The translations under genes and the position numbers were made by a program. A model generated the notes under the pieces. It made no database searches. It was not told the origin of the DNA and saw only the letters and a list, made by a program, of their open reading frames with translations. A stretch of DNA of 64,000 nt, taken from Macrostomum lignano (lineage: Eukaryota). The stretch is from assembly GCA_002269645.1 (NCBI GenBank), contig NIVC01002382.1, positions 17,614 to 81,613 on the forward strand, given 5' to 3'. Below, one piece after another: positions 40,362-53,800 of this stretch; within the stretch, counting starts at the first letter, position 1, and each line of letters starts with the position of its first letter.

Positions 40362-41679
40362 ACCTTGAATGGCACTTATGGTTGTAACAACAGGATTTTT
40401 GACATATAGAAACTAAAAGGTAAAAATCTTATAAAATTTTTCATTTTTGATATTTTGCAATAATTTTTTTTAATTTGACTAAGAACATCTTCAGAAATCA
40501 TACTCTTATATTAGAATATGTAAATGTAATAATAGTCACATGTTTCAAGCATTAATAATAATAACTTAACTATATCTATGTTTTAAAAATTTAGAGTCAT
40601 TTAAAAAAGGCTTTGGCCATAAGCCATGGCCTTTGGCCCTAGCCATGCTATATCAGCCAGCTAAGCAATTGTGCCATAGCCAGAGCTAGGCCTATATTGC
40701 CATTCTAACAAACTCTCATTATTGCAGGCTGCACTCTGCAGGTGCTTGCATGTTGCACTAACCCCTCAGGCCACTGGCCACTGCTGCCTATCCCTCCCAT
40801 CTGTTCTGTGAATGTGAGTGTGTATGTGCAAGGGGGGCTCCCTTCTGCATCCTAATATTTATACAGTTATAAGTAATAAGAAGAGAGAAAAAGCATGAAA
40901 AAATACTAAAAAATAAGTAATATGTATCAATAATGAGTTAGTTATATTCAATAAGTTAAAAACATTGATTCTAGTATTTGGATTCCACATGCGAAAATTT
41001 AACTATACACTTGGGATACAACTAATACACTTCTAATACTAATGTATGGCTTATAATACATAAGCCTAAGCCTAATATTAGGCCTATTAACTTTGTAAGC
41101 TTAAGTACTGAGCTAAAAGTAGGGTCTACCGTATTTTAATTGGAATAGTACAGATAAAAACTGCTGGGCATGTCTATTGCGTTTAACAATCAGATATATA
41201 TTAATCGATACACTTCCGGTCCAATAAAAGCAAAACAGCAGATTCAACTATAACCGGCTATCCGGCTATCCGTAACCGCCGCCACCTACGCTTTTTTATT
41301 TAATTCTCAATTGTTTCTACGAAACGAAGCCAACTTAAAATGTTTTCATTTTACGTAGACTATAACAAAAAATATTTTTAAAATCATCCCAGTGAACTGA
41401 AATTATAAGTTTTTAGAGAGAGTGGAAAATGGGTTAATCATCTGCACTTAAAAGACATTCAGATACAATTTAAATAGCCGAAATGCATATTAACAGGATA
41501 AAATTTATATTCAATTATTGGCAGGGGCGTCGCCACCGGGGGGACATTATCCCCCTGGGGGGATAATCTATGGGGCGAAATGCCCATGCTTTGTCCCCCC
41601 ACCCAACCCTGTGGTGACCCGCTGTGGAAATCAATAATTTTGCTTCAGGGCGACAAAATACATGTATAGCGCCTGCGGT

Positions 41680-41805
41680 AGGAAAATGAGTGCCTGCGGC
41701 GCCAAAATGATTGCTAAAATGAGTGCTTGCGGCGCTAAAGAGTTCCCTGCGGTGCGAAAATGAGTGTCTGCGGCACTAAAATGAGTGTCTGCGGCACCAA
41801 AATGA
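41680..41805 (-). repeat. Degenerate relative of the 21-bp MITE array at 9868-10180
   Basis: AAAATGAGTGCCTGCGGCGCCAAAATGA is the reverse complement of the MITE internal unit. Confidence 0.75.
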
Positions 41806-43646
41806 GGCCGACAACACCAATTCTCAAAATAATGTACATGTAGAATTCTTGGCTTTGTCCCCTCCACTATAAAATTCATGGGGATTCCCCTGATTATTTG
41901 ATCGATATTAACACTCACTCAAGTTCGGGATTCAAGCATTGTTAACGAATTCTTGCTGATATCGGTACTGAAAACAGAGGGATACTTTTTTCTCTACAAA
42001 AACATTAGATTGTACGATATACTGTAATCATGCATACAACGCATAGCTTAAACTGGTTTGATACTTACAATCGAGTGCTCTGAGCTTTTCTGCATGCCAT
42101 GCCTACAAATATCACTTCTATCTACGATATTTTTTTTCTATTTAATCGCACTTGATCGAAAAAACCATTTTCCCTAAACTTTTGTTCATTCAGTTACATA
42201 TATATTACATTTGGATGTACAGTACACATGCATGTATTAGTTGCACATTTACATGTAATGCTGTAGCTAAGCTATAACAGTCGCCCACTTTGCTTATGAA
42301 TTTATCTATACGCTCGCCGCTCGTATTTACGGTAAGTGGGTGGGTGGATCCTTTCTCAATTCATGCATGAGTACGACAGGTCATGCCAATACATGCCATG
42401 CTTTGTCGGCTATTCAATTTGATTTTACAAAGCAAACAGATCGCCTTAGTTATGCGGTAGCAATGCAAAATTTGCTCATCAAACACTGCTTTTTTTTGGA
42501 ACAAAAAAGCCGAGAAAATAAAAAGACCACGCGCGGTCAATCAAACGACTGAGAAATTCACATGGCCTCAAAAGTTTGCTTTTTACCAGTATATGCACAC
42601 TGTTAGGCGCAATATCAGATTTCATTCGCTTTTCATGTGTACAGCTCTTCGAAAAAGAACGCTATATAGCGATTCTACTGCATATGATTTTGAGCAGCAT
42701 GAGAAAACAGCAAGCATATAATCGCTGGTTTATAAAATAAAAGTCATTTGCGTGCCAATTTTAATCTACCGAGAACATTTAATATTGCTATAAAAAAGCG
42801 TTATGTTACTGAGTTCGTAGCTTTCATGTAGCTACATGTACCTACTTCATGAAGGTTTTGCAGTTTCTATAGCTAACTGGCATAGCTATATGGTAACTAA
42901 GTAATTTTGTACTCAAAAAAATTCATGCACGCAATACATGTAATGCATAGCGCGCCAGTGGCGAAGCTAAACAACAAAGATTAATTTACGCGCGCCCCCG
43001 CACAGCCCAGCAGGTGAAAATTTGTCCCCCGACAAAATAAGCGACGAGTGTAGAAGCAATCTCTTAGCTCTGAGTATAGTACCCAGCTGCTGCATAGGCA
43101 AAGAGGGGTTTGCTTTGAAGAAGACCCACCGAAAACGGCCTCATTCATGAGCCTTAATTCTCTCTACCTGCGAGCTGCACCATTGTCTATTTTATTCCAT
43201 CAAAAACACTCGAGCTGTTGTTTTGCTCCGAATAGAAAGCCCCCCCCGGACTCTTCCAGCCCGTCAAAACTCGGTCCGAGTTCGATGGTACTAAACAGTT
43301 TATAACGCAATATGCTTTTATTAACAAAAGTGCTTTATTTCAGAGTAGCCTTCTGCATCACGCATGCTGTTCGTGTTCTTCTTTTTTGTTTTAACGGCCG
43401 CGCCTTGATCATCTCATGCCTAATTGTTTTAATAAAGACAACAGTGTCTACAGTAGTGTAATGTAGCCTCCTCACAAGCACACTGTCTAATTTCAAAGGT
43501 CACCTAGTTTGGTGCTGGTGCATCGGCGAAGCAAGCAAAATCTGGTATAGAGACAACAAAACTATCTAGTGAATTTTTTTAGCGCCTTATTCTAGTTCAT
43601 CAATCTCACCGATATCTTACCTGCTGGACTTTAAATTCCAGATGAA

Positions 43647-43650
<4 letters not shown>

Positions 43651-43684
<34 letters not shown>
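43651..43684. repeat. (GT)n microsatellite
   Basis: Direct reading. Confidence 0.95.
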
Positions 43685-43685
<1 letters not shown>

Positions 43686-44998
43686 GTGCACTTACAAGTT
43701 TGCCGAGCAAAGTTCCGGGGAAATTTCCTATAGGTTGTTCTCATCATGCCTACAGCATGCAGTGTCCACCGAATTGATCCGTGGCGAAAATCCAGGTATG
43801 CAAAACAGCATCTTTCTGAAAGCCGTTTAGAACGGCTTTAACTAATCTTACGAACATGTTGATGACCTCGGAAAAAATGTACAAGCCTTATTCATTTGGA
43901 GCCCAAACAGCAAACAAAAACAACAAGGCGGGGCAACAGAGTACAGTTCACAGATGAAGTATTGGGAATTTAGTGCTAAAAAAATGAAAACTTCCCATCT
44001 CGTCAATGCATTTTGCAGCGAAAACGCGGCCTCCAGTCCTTCTACGATCGTATAGTAGTCCATGGTGTGAATTATTCAAACATGAACGGCATAGCTGCAA
44101 AAAGCTACAGTGCATGCATTTCCTAAAGTTTATCATTTTTTCTCTTTCACAACTCCTTATCGTTAACTTTAGCGCCACTTTCAAGTGCACATATAGAGAT
44201 TTTTCAACTGCTCAACCGTAGGTTATATAGATTTCGGCTGCTATAGGAATTCGCCTTATGAGCCCTAGAGAGGGTCGCGCAGACTTGGGCCACAAGTCGA
44301 GCCGCAGGTTCAAGCTATGCTTCAACTTATCTGTGAGTTATTATATTCTATTTTTTTTCTGTCCCGTAAATGAAACCCAAAAAACCAGCTCAGCCCTAAC
44401 TCAGAGAGAAGAGAGCGAGATTTCGAAATGAGACAGCAATAGGCGAAAGAACTAGCTGCCTTAGCCAATTACCTGCTGTTACCTGTGAATGTCTCACTCG
44501 CTGAATGCCCCTGCCAGCCTAAAATAGCACTCCAACCGAAGGCGTCTCTTGTCTGTCGTTTCTTTCTTTCTTTCTCAAAAATCTTCCATCTTGCCACATC
44601 TCTCTCTCTCTCCGCCGCATCAATTCTCTCTCTCAGGTGTTGCTTTTATTTCCACTGTTGCTCAGTTTCTTAAGTCTGTGACTCTCCGCTACTTACGCGA
44701 ATAGTCGGCCCTGACAGAAAAAAGGATACTGCTGCATCCAGCTGCAGTTCATCTGCTTAAAAAATTAATTTCTCAGGGGCTCCCACCGGCAGAAGAGCGC
44801 CATAAAAGCGAAGCCTAGATTCTGTTTGAAGCCTAGATCCACCGCACTGCGTGCAAGCCTAGCCATCCTAACGGAGCCATTTTATTCAACACTGCATATA
44901 GGTGAGTCCATATATACCTTCTTTTTGAAGTGCTTCATCAGTCTAAACGTGAGTTTTCACTTATCCAAATTCCTAAACAACACCTTGCAGCATTCGGC

Positions 44999-46378
44999 AT
45001 GGACTCGGGCTGCTACACGGATCCAGAAAGGGAGAGCAGCGGCAGCAGCGGCCGCTCCTTCTCGGCGTCTTCGAAGGCCAACGATCCTAAAACACAAACT
45101 TCTCCCAAGCAGGTAGTTCTGGAGGAGGTGGTGGCCGAGGAGTATCAGCCGACGGTCGAGGAGCAGTTGGAGTACGCTGCCACGATAGGCATCGATCCGG
45201 AGTCCGAGCCGGAGCTGATGCACCTTGCTGCTGAGGGCCTGAAAGCCGCCCTGCCACCAAGTTGGCGACCAGTACAGGTGTCAAATGGCGGCGACGATCT
45301 AGTGTACTATTTCAACTTTCAGACTGGCCAGTCAACTTGGGAGCATCCGCGCGACGAGCACTTCCGCCAGTTAGTAGTTCAAGAGAGGGCCCGACTGCGC
45401 ACTCGTCGGTCCAACAGGAGTGGCCGAGGCGTTGTGCGATTTCAGGAGGACCCGGCGGCGGAGTGCGCTCGGCGAAGCCGCGCAGCCGAGGAAGAGAAGG
45501 TGGCAGCCGCGATGCGAATGGAACTGCAGTCTCGGCTGGCAGCTGAGGAAGCGGAGCTCCGAGCGGAGATGAGGGCGCGAGTGGCGGCTGAGGAGGCTAA
45601 ACTGAGGACGGAGCTGCAAGCTCAGATGGAAACGGAACGAAAATCGCTACTACAGAAGCTTGAGCAGGAAGCTGAGGACCTACGTGAGGAGCAGCGACGC
45701 CTGCTGGAGCTAGAGACGGCGGAGAGGCGGGTGGAGGCGATGGCGCAGCTCACAGAGCTCCGAGCAGAGGTTGAGCAGCTGAAGAGGACAAAGGCGACGG
45801 CAATTCGGCATGAGCAGACGGTGCAGTCGGAAGAGACTCAATCGAAGCCGCGATGCCCGCGATTCCGGATGCCCCAGCGTTGCGTGTCAGTGGACGAATC
45901 CGCTGTCACAAGCGTTGATAACCGCGACCGCAGCGACATTGACGAAGATCTGGACGACCGCAGCAGCGGTAGCCGCGGCGGCAGGCTTAGTGTTGACGCT
46001 ATCGGCCGCGCAAGAAGCTTTCTCAGCCGGCACCTGTCGTCGGAGCGCGGCTTTGTGAAGCCAAACCCGCCTGAACCCGTTGCTGGGGCGTCTAGGAAGC
46101 GACCGCAGCTGCGTGCCAGTCGCGCCTCGCGCAGGGCGTCACCCTTCAACGGCTCCGAGTACTCCGTAAAAGGCTCGCTAGACACGGCGCGGATGGAGGT
46201 AGCTTATCCGGATGACGCCTCAATGGTCGGTGCTAGCGCAGAGCATGACCGCAGGGAGACTGGGCAAGAGGCGTCCGCCGCCCTGGCGGCAGAACTGATG
46301 AAGCTGCGCTGCAACAGTTTGCCGAGTCTGGCTGCTCGTTTGGAGAACGAGGAGACAACCTGCTCCGAGTCAAGGTGA
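44999..46378 (+). CDS. CEP164-like WW-domain/coiled-coil protein; possible further exon ~47685-48026
   Basis: VLEEVVAEEYQPTVEEQLEYAATIGIDPESEPELMHLAAEGLKAALPPSW...YYFNFQTGQSTWEHPRDEHFRQLVVQER matches the recalled CEP164 N-terminus; acceptor TTGCAG 8 nt before the ATG; donor-like AG|GTGAGA at 46374. Confidence 0.75.
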   Translation: MDSGCYTDPERESSGSSGRSFSASSKANDPKTQTSPKQVVLEEVVAEEYQPTVEEQLEYAATIGIDPESEPELMHLAAEGLKAALPPSWRPVQVSNGGDDLVYYFNFQTGQSTWEHPRDEHFRQLVVQERARLRTRRSNRSGRGVVRFQEDPAAECARRSRAAEEEKVAAAMRMELQSRLAAEEAELRAEMRARVAAEEAKLRTELQAQMETERKSLLQKLEQEAEDLREEQRRLLELETAERRVEAMAQLTELRAEVEQLKRTKATAIRHEQTVQSEETQSKPRCPRFRMPQRCVSVDESAVTSVDNRDRSDIDEDLDDRSSGSRGGRLSVDAIGRARSFLSRHLSSERGFVKPNPPEPVAGASRKRPQLRASRASRRASPFNGSEYSVKGSLDTARMEVAYPDDASMVGASAEHDRRETGQEASAALAAELMKLRCNSLPSLAARLENEETTCSESR

Positions 46379-47204
46379 GATTACCTGTTCTGAACACCTA
46401 ACCATACTATCATCCATGATTTTAACCGTTTATCTATTGTGCAGCATGTTACCACTTATTTAATTGAAATTCAGCTTGATTTGCGACTTTCATACACTCA
46501 TCAAAATTAAAATCAAGGAAAAGGGCAATGTTGCGCTAGAATTCTGAGGGACAGGACGGCGGGAAATCCAGAATCAACCACATCGCCGACCAACTCCCGG
46601 GTTTCTAAGACTGCTCTCTCTCTCTTTCTCTTTCATTCTTTCGCTCTTAGCAGAGCCATATGGTTCTATAATAGCTCGTAGCTGTAGCTACTAATTGCTA
46701 GCCAGCCCCGGCTTCGTCCGCTCCTGCCTCCTTTTCCAAAGCACAGGGGGTGGGTGTTGTGCCGCACCCATCTTTCTCAAAACAAAGCCAGCCCCCCATC
46801 TTCTTTCTTTTTTACGTAGCTCAAATTCACAGAATAGGCAGGAGAATGGAGCGAGTGGAAAGCGCGGGGGCGATGGCCGGCCAGTGCTAGGGGTGAATTG
46901 AAGCCAAGCACACAGTGGTTCAGTATTCAAAGATGGGCACGCATACTGTGAGTGAGCGTAGCCAAGTAGACTCTCAGTGGGCTTCTATGCTCGCTCGTAG
47001 ATCTTTTGGTCTCTTGTTTACTCGTCGGGTCCACAATGACTAGCTATATTTAGCCATGGGGTGTTGCCGTACCGCCCGTATGCATTAAGCAGGTTTGGGT
47101 CATTCCAGCCAGGAGGAACAAGCGGGCTTGAAAATGTTGCAGTATGGTTTGAGGCTTGAATGTCCGGGCGATTGACACGGAATGGCGATTGACCAACGGT
47201 TGGA

Positions 47205-47590
47205 AGGTTGATGGTCTGTAGCAATGGCACGGAAGGGTTGATGGTCTGTAGGAATGGCACGGAAGGGTTGATGGTCTGTAGGAATGGCACGGAAGGGTTG
47301 ATGGTCTGTAGGAATGGCACGGAAGGGTTGATGGTCTGTAGGAATGGCACGGAAGGGTTGATGGTCTGTAGGAATGGCACGGAAGGGTTGATGGTCTGTA
47401 GGAATGGCACGGAAGGGTTGATGGTCTGTAGGAATGGCACGGAAGGGTTGATGGTCTGTAGGAATGGCACGGAAGGGTTGATGGTCTGTAGGAATGGCAC
47501 GGAAGGGTTGATGGTCTGTACAGACGGCACGGAAGGGTTGATGGTCTGTACGGAGGGCACAGAAGGGTTGATGGTCCGTACGGAGGGCGC
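47205..47590. repeat. 27-bp minisatellite (TGATGGTCTGTAGGAATGGCACGGAAGGGT-type, 27-nt period)
   Basis: About 14 units. Confidence 0.9.
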
Positions 47591-48637
47591 AAAAGACGCG
47601 TATTTTTTGCGAGCCATGTCAAAAAATCAACCTTGAGAGCGGAAAAGCTTCTAAAATGTACTCATAGTAGCCTTGAATTCTTAGAAAACAACACTGGAAA
47701 CAGTCGAGTTGGACAAAATTTTCCCAACACTACTCAACCATATCTCCATCTCCAGCGAGCAGCAGCCGAAGGCTAAGCAGGACCGACAGTCCTCTGCTGC
47801 CAAGCAGCAAAGGCCCGCAGCAAAGGCGCAGGCTGCTTCGGCGAATCCGCCAAATCCGAGGCGGCACCGCATCGACTGGAGGAAAGTTGGAGAGAAATCG
47901 GATTGTCCGCCGCAGCAGCAATCCACAGAGAGCAAGCTCGCTCAGCACAGAGCCTGGCTGTACAACTACGCCAGGTTGAACGGACTGCCTCCGTCTGGAA
48001 GCAAACCGCTGACACCTCAGGCCTAGAAACACTAAAAAGCTAAAAAAGCCATTTGGAATCGAAACTTAGCAAAACCCATCGCGCTCAAACAAAGCTGCTC
48101 AGGCCGTAGTAGAAGATGACATCTTTTTATTTGGATCGTTGCTGTTCGGATTATATTTTCGTTTCGAACTTTCGTCTTTCATTTCTAGCCATATAAAAAC
48201 ACGTTGTTCATTAGTTCCGTTTCAGCCGAAAGCTGGACTTTGAAGTTATTTTATAATTATCCATGTTTTAACTTTTTTCTAGGAAACTTATTGTTGCTCA
48301 GATTTTTTCTTAGAAAAATTGAATAGGTGTTAAATTAATACTTGGTTGACATGAATAGCTAACTGCTATGCTTCCAGTACTACAATCCAGCATCCATATT
48401 TTGATTTTTTGTGTTTGGCCGCTTCATTTAAGAAGCTTCTTAGTTTTATTATTTATTGGATTCTACTATCTGCTTCATGTAAAGCAATTGCTGCATCGAT
48501 GCTCGCTGCTATTTCAATTATTTCTAAATAAAGCCACAACAGAATTAATTGATTTGCTAATTTCTAGTTATCAGTTACACAGTTGCAACCCGTCTTCTAA
48601 ATTTCTCCCAAGAGGGCGCAGCGTATGCCTACAACAC

Positions 48638-49075
<438 letters not shown>

Positions 49076-49800
49076 CCAATAGAGGCTAATTCCGCTCAAG
49101 CTACTATCAGTAGGCAGAATCCTCTTTAATGAACATTTTACGTACTTCACTTGAGTTAAATTTGGAGTTCTGACTTTTGCGCATAGTTTAGTCAGTCAAC
49201 TGAATGACTGCAGGTAAGAAGTGAAGGCTTTTTGACTAAGGCTTCCAATCCACGATTTTCTTGCTTAGTACTAGTACCTGAACAAACAAGGACTGTTGAC
49301 TTAGGCCTTGCAGTAGAGGCGCTTTCTCTCCTGCTGCTTCATTCGCACATTCCTGAGAAAGTCAAATTAGTCAACACTAATAATGAAGTTCTCGCCATAA
49401 CAACTCCATCAAAATCAGATTTGCGACTAGAAAGGACTCTGAACCAACATGCTAACAAGTGTCTCATTGCTGTCAACCTCGAAGTCATAGCCGATTTAAA
49501 GGACACTGCTGGGACCGCATCGCATTGACTGTGCAGGGGATAGAGAGGACTTTTTCGAGAGTGGAGTGTATTCCCAGATAATACACAGGTACATGTGCTT
49601 GCTCCCTTTTGGCCTGAAATGTGTCAACTCGTCGGCAGTCTCTTCCTCTAGGCAATAGCGAGGACTGCACTAAAGTACATGTCTGGCGGTTGGCTTGGAT
49701 GACAGGTTAATTGACTCGGAACTGCACTGCTTTAAATCCACTGCGACTTTCTTTTCAATAATTGTTCACTATTAAACTTCTGCCTCGAATTCAGCACATA

Positions 49801-49803
<3 letters not shown>

Positions 49804-49863
<60 letters not shown>

Positions 49864-50651
49864 GTTACGCCCCAGGGTCGATGTTGGGCGTCACAGGTCG
49901 CGCCTCAGAGCACGGGAGCGGAGAAAGGCCGATCCACCGGCCTGGTCGGGGGCGCCAGCATCGGCCAGCAGGCAGTCCGGATACCGCCGAGTGCGCGCCT
50001 GCCCCCGCCGGAAGGGCGCCGGGAGCGCAAGCAGCAGCGTCTCCTGCGCCGGCTCGGGGCAGTAAGCCTCAGCGCGGATGAGGTGGCCTGCCAGCTGGAG
50101 CCACCGGCGGCGGAGCAAATCGCTGGGGCGGGACAGGCGAGCTCGGGCGTACAGCGCCACGCTGGTAACATGCTCACCGCCGCCTATCTTGAAGGCAGCG
50201 CGCAGCAGGCCGGCGTGCGCCGCGTCGACCTGTCGCTCGAGCGTCTCCGTCAGCGTCCATGTTTCAGCGTTGTAGAGCAGGACGGTCTCGATCACCGCCT
50301 GGAACAACGCCGAGCGCTGGCGGTCTGGCAGGGCCGCAGAGTGCAGGACGGTCCTCATGGAGTTGAAGGCCGCCCAAGCGAGTCCACGGCGACGCCTCAG
50401 GTCGTCGAAGGCGTCAGGTACCAGGCCGCCGAGGTACACGAACTGCTGAACGCGCGGCAGCAGCGTTGCCTGCACATCAGCGCCTCGGCAGTAGATGTCG
50501 GCTTGGATGTTGGTGGGCATGGTGAGCACGACGGTCTTTTGCGTGTTGATCACCAGGCCGACGCTCGCAGCAACGCCAACCAGACGGTCCAGCTGACGTT
50601 GGGGGCCCTCGACGGTTGAGGACAGCAGAGAGAGATCATCGGCGAGAACAC
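49804..50651 (-). mobile_element. 5'-truncated RTE-clade LINE with (TTG)n tail
   Basis: LADDLSLL...GLVINTQKT...FVYLGG...VLLYNAETWTLT...LQLAGHLIR; perfect 12-bp TSD CAGCACATAAAA (49792-49803 and 50652-50663). Confidence 0.92.
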
Positions 50652-51585
50652 CAGCACATAAAAGCAAGTAATTAAAAGTGCGAATACCAGTTTGCAACTG
50701 AGCAAAAGGTCAAACATTAGGTGCACCCGATAGAACAGGTCAAGAAGGCCTTTGACTCAACTGATCAGATTGATAAATCATAAAAACTGCCTACGAGACG
50801 GTAACTTCTTAGCACAAAACTAGCAAAAATTGATCCCTAAGAACAAGTAGAAGATGTCATAGAAAATGAAAAAAATAAGTCCCAAAATAAATACAAGGTA
50901 AAGAGGAAAAACTCAGAACTAGCCTACTGATAAAAGTAGAAGAGAAGGATATGAAAGCCTAGGTGGGATTCTAAGATTGCAAAAAGTGTAATAAATAATC
51001 AAAGCTTTACAATTATCTTGACCAGTTGAGAACGGCTTGGGCAAAACTGTACTCTTTCCTCTATAGAAAATCAATAATTAGTTCGTAAATTCTTACTGAG
51101 AGAAGTAAAGAGATAAAGAGGGATAGAAAGAGAGAGACAGAGAGTACTCACAACTCTCTGCTCAATCTAACTCGTCTTCCCCTCGACTCATCCAGGTAAA
51201 AAGGCGGTGCCAAGATGACGAGAAGCGTAGAGAAGAGATTGGGAAGGGCAGCGGGGAGGCGGTTGTTTGTGGGATCTGCAGGCTCTACAGCGGAGAGGAT
51301 ACAGCTGACTGGGGAGTTGACTGTTGAGCAGAGCGGGACGGGAATCCCGCAGATTAGCGGAGTGACTGTAGCGGAGATACGACTATACGGGCTACAGGAC
51401 AGTGAGCTCACAGCTCTGGCAACCTGAGAGATCGTAGGTCCAACTGCTCAACCCAAACTATAGGTCGGGCAATATATTGAATAGCTAAGCCATGCTCAAC
51501 AGCCTATCTCTGGCAGTATATATTAAGGATCAGATTCTCAACTAATCTGGAGCGTTAGAGTTAATTCTGAATCTTCCGCGAAACC

Positions 51586-52282
51586 ATGAGCTACACGAAC
51601 TACAACACGGTAACTATGGTGATCAATGTCGTTTGCATTCTCTAGTATGCTTCTGTGTTCTATACTGATTTGCATTTGCATAATATTACAATACACTGTC
51701 CGTCACTCTAATTAATTAACTTACCCTTTCCGACCAAAGTCGGAAAGCGCTAATGAAAGCCTCAAGGTTAAAATAGTCAGCGTTACCTGATTGTAAGAGA
51801 CAAAATTGTTCTCAACTGACGCCTAACAGGAGCAGCCGGCCTACGGTCAGTACACGAATCCCGTGATGCACCAGCCCGCAACCATCGGTCAGCCAGTGGT
51901 GGTCACGCAGCCGATGTACACAACCACTGGAACAGCCAGCAGCGCCCAAGAGAAGGACTGGAACAGCGGCCTGTGCGGTTGTTGCGAGGACGTCTCCTCT
52001 TGCCTGTGCGTGTGGTGCTGCGGCCCCTGCTACCTCTGCTTCAGCCTGTCGCCTCGCATGGGTGAGCACTGCTGCACGCCGGTCTGTCTGAGCTGCGTTG
52101 ACCCGTCCGGCTCTGCTCTGACTGTGCTAGTCTACCGCACTAAACTGCGAGCCAGGTACAACATTCGAGGCTCTGTGATCAACGATTGCTGCTGCTCGGT
52201 TTGCTGCGGCGCTCTGGTTGCCTGCCAGATTAAGAGAGAGCTGGACCACCTGGAGTCCTCGCTGGGTCGGCCGCCATTCTGA
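51586..52282 (+). CDS. PLAC8/cornifelin-family Cys-rich protein; exons 51586-51609, 51830-52282
   Basis: WNSGLCGCCEDVSSCLCVWCCGPC...GEHCC...RTKLRARYNIRGSVINDCCCSVCC...CQIKREL. Confidence 0.9.
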
Positions 52283-52304
52283 GTTGGCATTGTATTGGGG
52301 GATT

Positions 52305-53800
52305 TGAAGTTTCTGACATCCTGGTGTGAGCCGTGGGGATTTGTAGTGTTTGACATCCTATTAGTGTGAGCTGTGGGGATTTGTAGTGTTTGACATCCTA
52401 TTAGTGCAAACTGTGGGGATTTGTAGTGTTTGACATCCTATTAGTGTGAGCTATGGGGATTTTTAGTGTTTGACATCCTATTAGTGTGAGCTGTGAAGAT
52501 TTTAGTGTTTGACATCCTATTAGTGCAAGCTGTGGGGATTTGTAGTGTTTGACATCCTATTAGTGCAAGCTGTGGGGATTTGTAGTGTTTGACATCCTAT
52601 TAGTGTGAGCTGTGGGGATTTGTAGTGTTTGACATCCTATTAGTGCAAGCTGTGCGGATTTGTAGTGCTTGACATCCTATTAGTGTGAGCTGTGGGGATT
52701 TGTAGTGTTTGACATCCTATTAGTGCAAGCTGTGGGGATTTATAGTGTTTGACATCCTATTAGTGTGAGCTGTGGGGATTTGTAGTGTTTGACATCCTAT
52801 TAGTGTGAGCTATGGGGATTTGTAGTGTTTGACATCCTATTAGTGTGAGCTGTGGGGATTTGTAGTGTTTGACATCCTATTAGTGTGAGCTGTGGGGATT
52901 TGTAGTGTTTGACATCCTATTAGTGCAAGCTGTGGGGATTTGTAGTGTTTGACATCCTATTAGTGCAAGCTGTGGGGATTTGTAGTGTTTGACATCCTAT
53001 TAGTGTGAGCTGTGGGGATTTGTAGTGTTTGACATCCTATTAGTGTGAGCTGTGGGGATTTGTAGTGTTTGACATCCTATTAGTGCAAGCTGTGGGGATT
53101 TGTAGTGTTTGACATCCTATTAGTGTGAGCTGTGGGGATTTGTAGTGTTTGACATCCTATTAGTGCAAGCTGTGGGGATTTATAGTGTTTGACATCCTAT
53201 TAGTGCAAGCTGTGGGGATTTGTAGTGGTTTGACATCCTATTAGTGCAAGCTGTGGGGATTTATAGTGTTTGACATCCTATTAGTGTGAGCTGTGGGTAT
53301 TTGTAGTGTTTGACATCCTATTAGTGTGAGCTATGGGGATTTGTAGTGTTTGACATCCTATTAGTGTGAGCCGTGGGGATTTGTAGTGTTTGACATCCTA
53401 TTAGTGTGAGCTGTGGGGATTTGTAGTGTTTGACATCCTATTAGTGTGAGCCGTGGGGATTTGTAGTGTTTGACATCCTATTAGTGTGAGCTGTGGGGAT
53501 TTATAGTGTTTGACATCCTATTAGTGTGAGCTATGGGGATTTGTAGTGTTTGACATCCTATTAGTGTGAGCTATGGGGATTTGTAGTGTTTGACATCCTA
53601 TTAGTGTGAGCTATGGGAATTTGTAGTGTTTGACATCCTATTAGTGTGAGCTATGGGAATTTGTAGTGTTTGACATCCTATTAGTGTGAGCCGTGGGGAT
53701 TTGTAGCGTTTGACATCCTATTAGTGTGAGCTGTGGGTATTTGTAGTGTTTGACATCCTATTAGTGTGAGCTGTGGGGATTTTTAGTGTTTGACATCCTA
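52305..53800. repeat. 40-bp minisatellite (GTGTTTGACATCCTATTAGTGTGAGCTGTGGGGATTTGTA)n just after the PLAC8 stop
   Basis: About 37 units. Confidence 0.95.

Noticed and set aside
49762-50619. 285-aa poly-Gln ORF on the + strand
   Set aside because: Antisense of the RTE RT fragment plus its (CAA)n tail
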